From Camelus dromedarius (taxonomy: Eukaryota), in the NCBI RefSeq assembly GCF_036321535.1, contig NC_087436.1:70310001-70374000 (forward strand): a stretch of DNA of 64,000 nucleotides, read 5' to 3'. Every line of letters begins with the position of its first letter. Position 1 is the stretch's first letter. A model generated the notes under the pieces. The model was not told the origin of the DNA. It saw only the letters and a list, made by a program, of their open reading frames with translations, and made no database searches. The translations under genes were made by a program, and so were the position numbers. This document shows positions 12,137-24,817 of the stretch, one piece after another.

Positions 12137-14563
12137 TAGCTTGACCTTTCTGTCAAGCTAAGATTTTACTTAATATTTTGTCTTCATTATAGACCATTAA
12201 AGAGTATGGGAGAATCTTTATTTTACCCTGATACCTAAGTATCAAAAGGAAATGTGTATTTTAGAGTATTCTTAGAGTATCATTATTTAGAGTTATTTAT
12301 GGTTAGAGGCATTTGTGTTTGGACTATTAAGTTGAAAATATTTTGATGGTAGTTGCCAAAGTAGCCCAATGTCACTAACTGGTATTTGAGATAAAGACTA
12401 GGAGTAGAAAATGCGAGTCCATGCTGATGTGGACCGTGTCTGCATGCTTTAATAAAAACACCTTGTTATTCTGCACATATAGTATGTACAAAGCATCTAC
12501 TGTGTAAAGAAGTCTACACACACTCATATAAACATTAACTATTCTGATAATTAGGTTGATCTGCTTCTAATGTATTAAAATAGTTAATTCTTTTATTATA
12601 TAATGTCTGGAATGATAATAATGCATTTTGGTAACAAAGGTTCTAAATAATTTTTCCTTTAATACTTGAACAGCCATGCTTAATAGATATTTTGCACTCT
12701 GCTGTTACAAACAGCATAATTATTATAGTGTCATATTTTTTGATGACTTAAGTTCACCTTTACAAGCATGCAGCAAAACATAAGTTCCTTTGCTCTATAG
12801 GGCTGATGGCTTCTTCCTATGCTGAAAGCACCCTGACTTCCCACTCTTGCTTTTATGATGGCTTCTGCATCCTTCTGTTTTCTAGGCAGTAACAAAGGTT
12901 GCAAGGAGAAATTTATTAAGCAAGCTGATTAAGTTGACAAACATCCTTTTACAGATGTTGTTGGGTTCGTGTACACAAAGGCACGGGCTGTGTGACCACC
13001 ACTTATCAATGTTCAGAGCCTATTTTTTCTGCCTTTGTTCTTGTTTTCTCAGTTGGTTTCTTCTTAATAAACCTGTATGTTATCAGTCAGGAGACCCTGT
13101 TTCATTCTTAAGTTACACCAGCATTTCCGTAAGAGAAAAGGAATTCTCAAACTGAAGGAGTAGGAAAATTTCTGGCAAGGAAGAGTTAAGATGGTAGAAT
13201 GGTCAAGCCTGGTTGAGTGTTCCAATACCCTGTATTCTATCTGCAATTCTAGAATCTGAAAAGTTCAGAAAACCGGTATTTTCTTGAATTCAGTGCAAAC
13301 TGAACCTGATCTGAGATTAATAGTCTTTATCCCACTTAATTTAAAAATGTTTTCACTGCAGAACGTTAGTGTATTTAACACTTATGCAGAAGAGTGAGGA
13401 ATGGCTACATAATATTTATATAGCATATGACTTTCTTTTCTAATTTCAAAGTTTAAAGAATTCTGAAACAATTGACTTACAAGGGTTCAGATAAGAGATT
13501 GTGGACAAAAATCAGGGAGGTGCTTTTGAAAGTGCTTTTTCTCTTGTCTCTTCCTGGTGTTCTCCACAGGTTATGTAGGGTAATGGGAAATTATGCTGAA
13601 CTTGATGTCAGCAGAGTTAGGTTCCCTGTTTCCCTGTTTACTTCATTTGCATTTTTGATGTACACTCTTAAATTTGGAACAACTCAAGTTTTCACAGCCA
13701 GAAACTGGCAGAGCTGGAATTTGTTTCTAGTGCTTAAATTCTTACTCACTCCACTATACAAGTACTTTTTTTGGTTTTGGTTTTTGTTTAGTTTTGGGGG
13801 GCTGGAGACCACACTTGGAGATTTCTACTTCTTAAACCCAAACATCTTTATCGGATCCATATGGGACTTAGTTCCACTTTCCTCCTGTTTGAAGGTCTCA
13901 GAGACTTACTCTCCCTTATTCCTCTCTCAGTAGCTGCCCACACCCTTACTGTTTCGTGGTTCATAGCTTCCCCAGCTTCCTCGCCATCCTGATGTCAAGT
14001 ATTCAGGCCCTTTTCATTTCAAGGATTTGCTACTAATCACTGTAGGGATAAACAAAAAGTAATACACATAAAATAACAGCGTAACAAGGTAATACAGAAC
14101 TGTTACAAAAAAAAAAAGATATTTGCAGTTTCCATTCTAGAGTTCCCCATGGAATCACATTTTGACTTCTGCGCTTTATTTCTGAGAGCAGATTCACCAT
14201 TTACCCTCCTTTTCTGACCTCACTTTTAGATGCATTTCAGGTCTCATGATAGTTGTTAAGGGAGAAAAGAAGAACCGGGCCTTTGGTTTCTGTAGACAAT
14301 TTGAACTTGGGAACTTCTAGACTGGGGAGTGGTCTGTTTACTAAGTCTTTACTATGATTAAAAATGAATTCCTCTAGGTGTTTCTACACTGCATTTGTCT
14401 GCACCTAAAACAGTCATCTAGCAGAGTATATGGCACATAAGTAGGCATTCAAAATTCAACATACATTAGTTAACTATGTGCCAAGTGTAGGTCATGCAAA
14501 GCTAATTAAGCTTATAGTCATGCTGAACAGAAACCTACCCAGTATGGTAACTTCTTCACGGCA

Positions 14564-15012
14564 TGGTAGGGGTGGAGAAATTTTCCCTCTTAGGATCTTT
14601 GACTCGTCTAATAATTAAATCGACCTCAGACAGATTAACAGGAGAAAAACCAATTACCTGTGGGAGCCCCATAAAAATAGGAGACTCAATGAAATGACCA
14701 AAGCAGGAAGGTTTTATACCTTTTAGAAAAAGAGGCAATAAATTTGTGACGAATTGACAAGGCGAAGGGGTTTGGGCCTGCTGTAGTAAACTGATGAAGT
14801 AGTAACAAGGTTTATTCATCTAGCCTTCTCTGCCTTAAATTCCCAATATCCGGTGATAAGGATGCCCTCTACCTTCCTGATACAGGCAGGGTACCTTTTA
14901 CTTGGGAGATTTATATGCTGCTTTCAGGAGGAACAAGAGGGTCAGGGTGTCCTTATTCAAAGTAATATGCCTAAGTGGCATATTTTGGAACGGCCAACTC
15001 TGCTCCCCTTCA
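14564..15012 (-). mobile_element. ERV1 solo LTR, MER34-like
   Basis: Minus strand begins TGAAGGGGAGCAGAGTTGGCCGTTCCAAAATATGCCACTTAGGCATATT and ends ...TTTCTCCACCCCTACCA, resembling MER34-family termini; flanks gcat/gcac resemble a 4-bp TSD. Confidence 0.7.
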
Positions 15013-15479
15013 GCACAAACAAGGCATCCAAATCAGGATATGAGAGATCAGGAAAGGCTTCCTGTGGGGTGGCATCTGAATACCTAAATTCCCATCCCGG
15101 TTCCACTCACTGACTTTGAGACTTTCAACAGGTAACCTCTCAGTGTCCGTTTCCTCACAGGAAGAGGATAAATAGGGCTAATGGTAGGATCTCCGGCATT
15201 CGATTGCTAGTTACTCCAGGAATAACGCTGGAAATAATGTCTGATACATTTCATACATTCCGTGAAAGCTGGGCTGCCCAGCGCCACCTGGCCTGATGAT
15301 CGTCCTCCAGGCTTAGCACACAGGGTAATTAATACCTGTTTGATTTTCCTGCTACTCACTGCCCCTCCCCTGGAGAGTTCAAAGTCTCAAGTCCAACCAG
15401 TTCAGTCCAGACGCTCTGAACCCACACGCCCCACGGGACAGGCGAATTCTCCAAAGCCCAGCCCACTCTAGGTGAAGAG

Positions 15480-16335
15480 GTCAGGCAGCGCCCTCTGCCC
15501 GCGGACGCCCTCGGACCTGGGGCGCCCGCCCGCGGTTCCCAGACGATCCTGGGAACGCCCACGCCCCCGTGTACCGGGAAGAAACGCCTCTCGGCGCGCG
15601 CGCGGCCCCGCCCTCCGCTGCGCCGTGACCCGCCGTGCTTACGCGCACGCAGGCGCCCCGCTCGAGGCGGGCGAAGGCTTGGGGGCCGCGGAGGGTTCGC
15701 AGGTTTAGGAGACGGCGGGGGCGTGGCTTCCCGCTGGGCGGTCGGCCTCTTCCCAGTCCCGCCCCCGTCGGCAGCGGCCTCCGCGCGCCAAAATCAAACT
15801 CGTAGATCCGCCAGCCGGAGAGCTTCGGTCGGAAGTTCAGGCTGCAGGTCCCGGCACGTTTGGCGCCGCGAGCCCCGGCTCGTGCACCTGTGGACACCTC
15901 CCAGCGCTCGCTGCCCGACGCGCTCGGGCCGCCACCAGACGACGCATGGCCACCCCACCCAAGAGGAGCTGCCCGTCTCCGGCAACCAGCTCTGAGGGGA
16001 CCCGCGTCAAGAAAATTTCCATCGAAGGAAACATCGGTAAGGCACCTCGGGAAATGTTGGTCCCAAGGCAGGGACGGCGGCGGCTGCGGCTGAAGCGCCC
16101 CTTCGCTGCATCTCTGCCGCTCCTCAGTGAGGGCTTTCCTCCCATCCTGGTCCTGGGGGTGCGGGCAAGCACTCAAATTCCCGTTCCGCCGAAAACATCC
16201 CTCTGCCCTCCCCAGCTTCCCTCCGGTGCCCCGAGGGTGGCGGCGGCTCCTGGGCGGGAAGCTGCGCGCCTTGGCCTGCGGGCCTTGGTGAGGCGCGCTT
16301 GGGAGCCCTTTCATCCACTTTGTTGGGGTCGCGCA
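15480..16335 (+). promoter_or_regulatory. DCK: DCK CpG-island promoter (TATA-less) spanning exon 1
   Basis: The only CpG-dense, GC-rich segment in the window. Contains GC boxes (GGCCCCGCCC 15604-15613; CCCGCCCC ~15758), E2F-type GCGCCAAA 15785-15792 and TTTGGCGC 15859-15866, and ETS CGGAAGT 15830-15836. Confidence 0.9.
15946..16036 (+). CDS. DCK: Deoxycytidine kinase exon 1 (91 nt coding)
   Basis: ATG GCC ACC: MATPPKRSCPSPATSSEGTRVKKISIEGNI, the start of the P-loop; donor G|gtaagg. Confidence 0.97.
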
Positions 16336-16374
16336 AATGAAGGTTTGCTTTTAAAAGGGAAATGTCTGTGTGTC

Positions 16375-16835
16375 AGTTATTGAAGTACAATTTACATAGA
16401 TTCATTGTCCCTTTTTAGGTGTACTCTTCCATGAGGTTTGACAAACATAATGTTTTATTACCACCAAAATCAAGATTCAGAACCTTCCCATCACTGCAGA
16501 AAGTTCCCTCGTACTCCTTAGTAGTCAACCCCCCTCTCCATTCCTGTCCCCTGGCAAACAGTGTCTGATTTCTATTGCCTGTCAGTTTTGCCTTTTCCAG
16601 AATGTCATATAAATGGAATTAGACTATGTAGCCTTTTGTGTCTTGCTTCTCTGATTTAGCATAATGCTTTTAGATTTATTCGTGTTGCTTGTCTCTGTGG
16701 TTTGCTCTTTTTTGTTGCTAAGTAATAGCCCATTGCGTGGATATACCACAGTTTCTCTCTTCCCCAGTTGTGGACATTTGGATTGCTGCCTATTTTCAGA
16801 TTATGAATAAAACTGCTATAAACATTCGAGTACAA
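16375..16835 (-). mobile_element. Ancient L1M (L1MB/ME-like) 3' end in DCK intron 1
   Basis: ttattgaagtacaatttacata...aatgtcatataaatggaatt...gaataaaactgctataaacatt; classic antisense L1M 3'UTR. Confidence 0.75.
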
Positions 16836-19800
16836 GGAAAGAGTTTTTTAATGATCTCAGCAGCATAGAGTTCCGAACTCCCCTACCCAGCATCCAAGTA
16901 AACATTGTGTTATGATTCAAAGACCACTACTATTTCTGTTCTTAACCCAGATGTCATTTTACAGGATATATGTGAACTTCTGGTTCTTCTCTATTCCTAC
17001 CACAGGAAACCTATGCTTGATACTTCCTGTTTTGATAGGATTTTTTTTTAGTTCCAAGTTAGATATTGGCTATTCATGCGTACAGCAAGTGTTTTAATTC
17101 TTACCACATTCAAAGCACTTATACCTGTTTTAAAAGGCAAGACAAGCAGGTACTTTAGTGGCATTCCAAGGAATAGAAAAAGCTGAACACACCCTCAAAG
17201 AGGACATCTTGTTTCATTGCTCCAGTATTAAGGCACCAGTGGGAAAGATTCATGTAATAGACTCTCACCTTCTTATCTGGATAAATTCTTGGAAGGTGGA
17301 TGTTTACTAGTATGACTCCTCACAGCTACTTATTGGATATGGAAGACCAAATATAAAGACAGAGAAAGTAATTGAACAAAGCCATTTCAAAAGTAAATTT
17401 GAATGAACAGCCTCTCAGATCCATACCACAATGAATTAATCCCTTCCCTTTCCTAAATCTAGTTAAGCAACATATCATAGAAGAAATTTACTTCCTTCCA
17501 AGCATCTTTAATCTTCTTGGCACCTGAAATTATTTCCTAATATGTCACCGCATCTCCAGTTTCTCTCAATTCTTCCAGAGCAGTCTTCATACAAATGTGA
17601 TTGTATTATCCCCTGCTTAGAATTCTCTGACCTCCCCATTGCCTACACTGGAAGGAGTTGCAAAACTGATGGCCTGCATTTACACAATATTGGCCTGTCC
17701 AAATTCGAAAAAAAATTTTTTTAATTCGTTGGTAGAATTTCACATTTTTGAGATATCCCATAAACGTCTAGGTTCTTAGCTTCCTTTGGAAAATCTGAAG
17801 ATCTGGCAACACTGCGCCTGCGTTTTTGTAAGACAACAGTTTGCTGTTTGGATGGAATATATTCCTTACCATTTAACTGTTTTCCCCAGCACTGAGGCTT
17901 TGTCAGTAGCTGTTTATTAATGCTCTTGTACTATTGTTCATGTGCCCTCTGCCTTATTTGCCAGACCCAAATAAGCTTGAAATGTACAGATCGCTAATCT
18001 GGGTGTAGAAGGGTATTTGTGATTCCTCTGTTTTCTAGAATGTAAACTTTAACTGATTATTTTCATTTCATACTCATGTAACTTGTTTTCTCATGTTCTC
18101 TGTTACTAAAATACTCCCTTATGTTAAGTTTTGGAGGCCTTACCTACTTCTCATCTTAATGGTCTGTATAGAATAATTATTGGCATTGTAACGCCTGCCT
18201 GGCATTAGTAATTTTGTTAGGTCCCATGACTTTTTAAAGTATTAACATCAACATCAGTGTCCTTGGTTCTTGTTCTCCTTTGCCTTCTTAGAATATTAAT
18301 GAATTAATTAGCTTGTTTCAAGCCCCCCTCTTCCTCCCCCAAGGTTCAGGAACTGGATATTAGTCTGATTGGGAACTGCAGGTAACGATTTTTACACTGC
18401 TTAAACTAAAGAGTAATTTTAGAGAGTAACTGTTATTAATCTTTAAATTTCAGAGTATGACCACATGAACTTCTGTTCGTAAGCAGTGTCAGAAGAAAGC
18501 TGAATGCTCTGGCCTTAAGGTCTTTCAGACTGGCTCATGGCTGATGTTTTAATGTGTTCCTTGGGTGCTCTTAACATCAGGTTTTCTTTCCTTCCTCCTT
18601 CTAGCTCAGTGAATGTCTGGTGAGCGTCTTATGCTTCCTTACCCTTCTTCTAAACGCCTTGCAGTTTCTTTGCTTACCCTCTTCATGTGAAATCCATGGT
18701 TACCAGGGTTTTTTGGGTTTTTTTTTAAGATTAAACCTGATGGTCACCTAGTTCATCCTTTAAAGTTTTTCTCCTGTCCATTGATGATACGACTTTTTTG
18801 TTTTGCTTCTCAACTGTCGTCTTTTCCCTGTGTCACCTTTCTTTTTTTATGTTTATGTGTGTGTGCATTTGTTTATACATATGGAGAGAGAGAGAAAGCA
18901 TACCGACCAATGACTAAATCACATTGGTGACTTCAGTGGAGGGGTGTGGTGGTCATTAAGACTATTGCTACACCCTGTGAAATTCTAGGTCAGGACTTTT
19001 CCTACTATTAAATTAAGTGAATTATCAGGTAATTTTAAAGTAATGAATATAATGTCTTGATTATACCTGAGCTGTTTTTTTTTTTTTTCCTCCTAAATAG
19101 CTCAGAAACTAGTAAATGATCAGGGAGAAGTAAAGTACATACAACTTTTTTTTTTCTTTAAGGAGTCGGATAGAGTGCACGGAACCATGAAAATGAAGCA
19201 GAATAAACATGGCTATTGTTTGTATGAATTGCTTTACAAACATATTTTTATAATTTCTGTTAGCCATTGTGCCATATAATTAGTGTCATAATAATAATCA
19301 TATTATTTCCTATCCTAAAACTCTAGGCATTGGATGTGTCTTTATATTAATTTTGTAATTTAGTTGTTTCTAAATTGGTTTTAGATAGGAAAGACCTGAG
19401 CTTGTTTGTAAACTGAACAAATAGAGCTAGCAGAAAGGAAAATTTTGAAAATGCAAGGGTCTTGTTGACTTGTTTATCACAACAGTTCCCTTGAGGAAGA
19501 TATTATTACAGTCTCCATTGTATTATGAGAAAACAGGCTCAGGGAGGTTCCGTGACTTGCCCAAAATTACATAACCTAATTAAGTGGGAGCATAGCCTTA
19601 ACCACTTCCTACAAAGTTATCTCCAACTGTTTTCTTAAGGAAAGTAAGTCTAGGACTAGGATTTTTAAATTCTTCTGTTCCATGGCTTTGGTACACTAAA
19701 AACAGTTAACAAAAAAAATGTGCTTAATACAAGTTGATAGGGACACTTTTACTTTTCTTTTTAAAAAAATCTAAAAGAGAAAGTTTAGAAAATTGAGTGT

Positions 19801-19913
19801 TTTTCTTTTTTGTATGGTTTGCTATTAGAAATTTTGTAAAAGCTGGTGGCCATCTTGGCATTTTTTTTCCTGATAAGTTTCCTTCCTCAGTTTCACTTTT
19901 CCTCTTACAACAG

Positions 19914-20029
19914 CTGCTGGAAAGTCAACATTTGTGAACGTCCTTAAACAAGTCTGTGAGGATTGGGAAGTGGTTCCGGAACCTGTTGCCAGATGGTGCA
20001 ATGTTCAAAGTACTCAAGATGAATTTGAG
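19914..20029 (+). CDS. DCK: DCK exon 2 (116 nt)
   Basis: caacag|CT GCT GGA AAG TCA: (A)[38 protein letters not shown]; completes P-loop GNIAAGKS and includes catalytic Glu53; donor GAG|gtatga. Confidence 0.97.
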
Positions 20030-21099
20030 GTATGAAAATAAATTTAACTATTTAGTAAAAAAAAAATCTTTTCATTTAGACAAGCAGTTGTATTTTTGGG
20101 TTTTTTGTTTGTTTTTCCTTTTCTAATAAAACTTTCAAATACAACTTTAAGTCTATATCTTCTTTTGGGCAGTAGTTACGTGAAAGTGTATATATGTAAA
20201 CACTCATTGAGCTATGCACTTAGGATCATGCACTTCATTGCATCTAAGTAGAATTTTTAAAGTTTTAAAAAATTAGTTAACAAGTTTCAGAAAATCTAAA
20301 TTGTAAGTTAAATTCCTTTAGTGGCTTTTTACATTTTGAAAACAAATAAATGAGAAAAACAAAAACAGCTGATAGCTAAATTTGATTAGTTTAACTTTTC
20401 AAGCCTTTTGTCTTAGAGAGAGTTGTTTATGTCTCATTTCTTTGTACTTTGATTCTTGTCAGACTTTCACCCTGGACACAAGTTTCAAATTCCCAGCAAT
20501 TTCTGTCCTACATTGCAAATGAGAAAGAGAGAATAATAGTTAAATCCCATTTTTTTACAGCAAACTTTTAATGTATGTATATGAAGGAGAGAGATTGGAT
20601 TGCTAAGATTTTCATTTCTGGAGAAAGAAGAATTAAAATTGAAAGCAATATAGAAATCTTCAAAATGGAAATGCATGCTAGAAACTTTGTTAGGTCTGAG
20701 GAGGACAGAGATTTTTTGGGGAAAAAAGTATATGTTTAAAAGTTTAGCTGTTAGTATGAGGAATCTGGGAATAATAATTGAATATTTAAAATGTAAATCA
20801 TGCACACAAGGAGGAATCACCAGCAAGATGCTCTACAGACTTTGAGGATATATGGCTTTGAATAACTGAAAGTATTTTCTCACATACCTGTTTGCCAAGC
20901 ATGGTTAACTTTAGGTCTGGAACCCAGCTCACTCACACCCCAATCCTTTGAATAAACCAGGACTAAATCCTGAAGGGACTTCCTTTCCATATAGGCTCCA
21001 TCTTCTTAAGAAATTGATATTTCAGTCTGGTCTTGGAGGAAAGGCAGGATTAGCCTTAAGCAGAGTTTTTAAATGGATAGATTTATTTGCTTCTTTCAA

Positions 21100-21970
21100 C
21101 ATTTTTTATTGACATTATGTAGTTATAGGAAAGTATATGAAACCTATGTACAGTTTGAAGAGCAATTTGAAGGCTGACATCTTTATAACCATCATGTAGG
21201 TCAAGAAGTAAAACATTACTCTCATTCTAGAAGTCCCTGTTTGTCTCACAGGACACAGGAAAGTCACAATATCTCCTTCCCAAGGGTGTTAACTCTGCTA
21301 GGGGTAATTACTCACACAGAGTAATTTTTGTGATAATAATTTTCCTACTTTCTAAAAAGAATTTGATGTACATAAATATATCTCTAAGAAATGTAGTTTA
21401 GTTTTGCTTGTTTTTTAATGTTATATGAATATCTTCTGTTGGCATTCCTTTTCCTCTTCTTTCGCTTAGTAAGTTTGTGAAATTTATCTATATTGTTGCA
21501 TGCAGCTATAGCATGCTCATTTTCATTGCCGTATGGTATTCAGTTGTGTTCATATCCCTATTTGTCCATTCTCTATACCTTTGATCAGTTTTTGAGTGGT
21601 TCCTGGTTTAGTTGCTGTAAAAACAGCCCTGTTATGAATATGAATCCTGGTATACACATGCAAGGGTTTCTCTTGGAATAAGAAGTAGAATTGCTAGGTG
21701 GTGGGGTATGTGTATGAAGCTTGTTTTCCAAAGCAGTTTTACCAGCTTATACTCCCCATGATGTAGTCTACTCAGGCTGTCGTTAGTCCACCCCTTTGCC
21801 TTATTTAGTATTGTCCAGCTTCCTAATTTTTGTCATTACTTTGAACTTTTTTATGTTTTTAATTTGTATTTTCCTTATTGCTAATGAGATTATGCTCCTT
21901 TAATTAACTAATTTATTAGCCATTTGGATTTCTTTTGTGAAGCCCCTCTTCAGGTCCTTTTACCCATTTT
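21100..21970 (-). mobile_element. Ancient L1ME-like fragment
   Basis: Degenerate antisense L1 3'UTR/ORF2 motifs (gtagaattgctagg; accagcttatactccc; ttagccatttggatttc). Confidence 0.6.
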
Positions 21971-24676
21971 CCTTTGGATCCTCTGTTCCCTCACCCTGCG
22001 TTTTAACCTCCTAAAGTATGTCTTGTGGCCTGTTTCACTAAAGTGCTCTACTCAAGTTTGCTTACCTTTAGGAATGAGAGACCTGTGTTCTGAAAATGCT
22101 TTCTCCCTCTTATTTCTGGGGTCAACTATCAGTGCAATTTTTCTGAGGGGTAGGTGGAAAGTAGTCAAATTAAACCAATGTCAGAAATAGAGAAGGGATT
22201 CTTTCATTGGGGGAATGTTCAAGTAGATTGGATTAGGTGACCTTCATTTAAGGTCCATTCTGGTTTTGATATTATAGCTTCTAACTCATATTAAATATGT
22301 ATAACTGGTGTGTTGGCACATTAAATGTCTCTATCTCTCAGTATACCATAACAGTAACCAAATGCACAGAAACATATAAAAACCAAAATGTCAAAAATTT
22401 TAATTTGCAGAGAGAAATATAATTATCAGATTCATTGAATTAGGTCAATCCATTCTCTATGTAGGCCCATAATTCCCAACCAATGGAAGAAATTCATAAG
22501 AATCTCAAGGATATAGAGGTGTTTTTTTCAAACAACAAACAATCCCTTGGGAATTTAAATATGTGGGATGCTTCCTGGTTAAAAATGCCCTAGTGAATCA
22601 CTGTTGGTGTGGGGAGTGTTGAGCCCTTTAGTTATGTTGGAGAGGAAAGGTTGAAAACATTGCATTAATATACACGGGAAGACAATGTATCAGAAATTTG
22701 TTAAGCGTAGAGTCAGAGTCCAGGTTAATTAGTTACATTAGCTTAATGACTGATGTCATAGACTATGATGCATTGATACATCTGTCTCCATTTTTAGACT
22801 CTGTTGGCTTCATGGATCTGATATGTTTGTGGGCTGGGGAATTTTCTTCCTGTGTACTAGAGTCAAAATTCCAAACTTTCTTTATAGCTACCATGCAGAG
22901 AATCCTATTATTATCGTTAAGATATACTTTTATTAACATGTACTTGCCTCAATTTAGTGTACATCTGTCATGTCTCCATGATGTTACAGTTCAGTTACCG
23001 TCATTGGATTTTAGGGTACGTTCTTAAAAGATAGTTTTATTTTTGTCTGTGTATTCAAAGCTACCATGTTGTTAATCCCCTGTACTTCTAGGTGGAGTTT
23101 CAGACTATGGGAATAGTATTTTGGGGATAAGGTAGTAGAATGTGAGGGTAGTAATGGGTGAATGGGTTTCCAGGATCTTTGGATATTTTCTTCTTTTTTC
23201 TTGGACCTCAAAAAATGAGATTTTCTTCTTTCATCCTGGAGTAGTCCTTCTTTCCCAGACCCATCCCCGATCTATCCCTTGTGATTATCGTGTGAATCAC
23301 ATACCAAATCTCCGCTTTCTTAGCATGCTGTCAGTAGTGAGAAGTAGATTGTCTTCAGACCGAGCCCTGGTAAGGCCGGTCCTTTGGATGTTCTCCATTT
23401 ACTCCTAGGCAGTAGCTGTAGAATTGGACGAGTTGGGCTCTTGGTACCTTTGATCTCTTCCCCTAGTCAGTAACTTAATTTGCACCTGCATACTTAGCTT
23501 GTTTTGTTTTTTTACCTGCCACCTAGTGGCTGAAATGTTGCTATACTATTGATGAGCTGCCACCAATTTCAGCAAAGTAAGGAGGCAAAGTGCCTAAAAA
23601 ATTGTTATCTCCCCTCCCATGATAAGATCATCTTTAAATCACCCAGATGATTATCAGTCTTTGAATTAAATGTTTATTTCAAATAGCAGTGTGCTTTATT
23701 TGATGATTTGTTATTATTTAGGTGCAAAGCTTTGATTTGATTGCTTCCTTTTAGCTTATTTTTGAGATATACAGACAGGGAGATATCTTTACTCTGTTCC
23801 TTTGTTATTCATTGTGAGGTGCTATTTTACTTTTATCTAACCTTCTTACCACTAAGAAGCCACTGAAAAATTAGTAAATCTGAGAAAGAAAGAATAAAGT
23901 GTACTTATCTGTGAAACAACAGCATATTTATTGGTAAATCATTTTTGAAAATTAATTAGGAATGCTTGATAAAGTACTTTCCCTCATACCCTCTGAAATC
24001 ACCTAATTTTTGTTGACTATTGTATGATTATCATGTTTGGTATTCTGATTCTTTTGATTGAACTTAACTCTTTTGTAGTGTTTCAAAGGTTAGATTAGAA
24101 TTAAAAGATAAATGATTTTGTATCTTTGCTTGATAATTCTCATTTTTCCTTATGTTGGCAATAATCTGCACTTTCTGTAAAATCATGAAGTGTTCTATCA
24201 TGGAGTGAATTACAGAGTTGCAGATATGAACTAGAGAAACAGAATAAAAATTATTCATAATCCCACCACTCTATATGTATCTTTTACCTACTTTAGGTGA
24301 TAATTTATTTTATCCAACTTTGGCAGGTGGGTGGGGATACATAATTAAAAAAATAAAAAGTAGTAAGTACTCACTATTCAAAGTTAAGAAAATATCACTA
24401 CCAAAGGAGGGAAGTAAAACTTAACTATATCTTGTCACCCAGAGAAAACTAACTACAGGTCTTACTTGGCCCAGCAATATACAGTTTTATACCTTGCTTT
24501 TTTCCCTCACAGTGTTTATGTCGAAGGAAATCTAAAATGTCATTAAAAGTTTACTATAAATGATTTCTAAAGGCAGTATTTACCATTATTTATTTAATAT
24601 AAATGCCTAATAGAGGAATGATAGCCCATTTGCTTAGCACTGTAATAATTGTCTTTGTGGTTAAATCTGTGTTTTG

Positions 24677-24817
24677 TTTTGTTTTGTTTTTTGGTGGGGG
24701 TAGATAATTAGGTTTACTTGTTTATTTTTAGAGGAGGTCCTTGGGGATTGAACTGAGGACCTCATGAATGCTATGCATGTGCTCTACCAGTTGAGCTATA
24801 TGCTCCCCACCCCCCCC
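24677..24817 (-). mobile_element. tRNA-derived SINE, camelid Vic-1-like
   Basis: Minus strand has A-box TAGCTCAACTGG and B-box-like GTTCAATCCCC; (GTTTT)n tail; TSD AATCTGTRTTTTG at 24664-24676 and 24818-24830. Confidence 0.8.

Noticed and set aside
13472..13933. 153-aa hydrophobic ORF between MOB1B and DCK
   Set aside because: It starts at TTG rather than ATG, is F/L-rich because of T-rich DNA, and has no recognisable homology or exon structure.
15481..16314. 277-aa minus-strand ORF and other overlapping ORFs across the DCK promoter
   Set aside because: Arg/Gly/Pro/Ala-rich translations with no recognisable domain; long stop-free frames are expected in a GC-rich CpG island.
15946..16383. 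145-aa ORF from the DCK ATG as a single-exon protein
   Set aside because: Only the first 30 codons are dCK; the rest is read-through past the G|gtaagg donor into intron 1.
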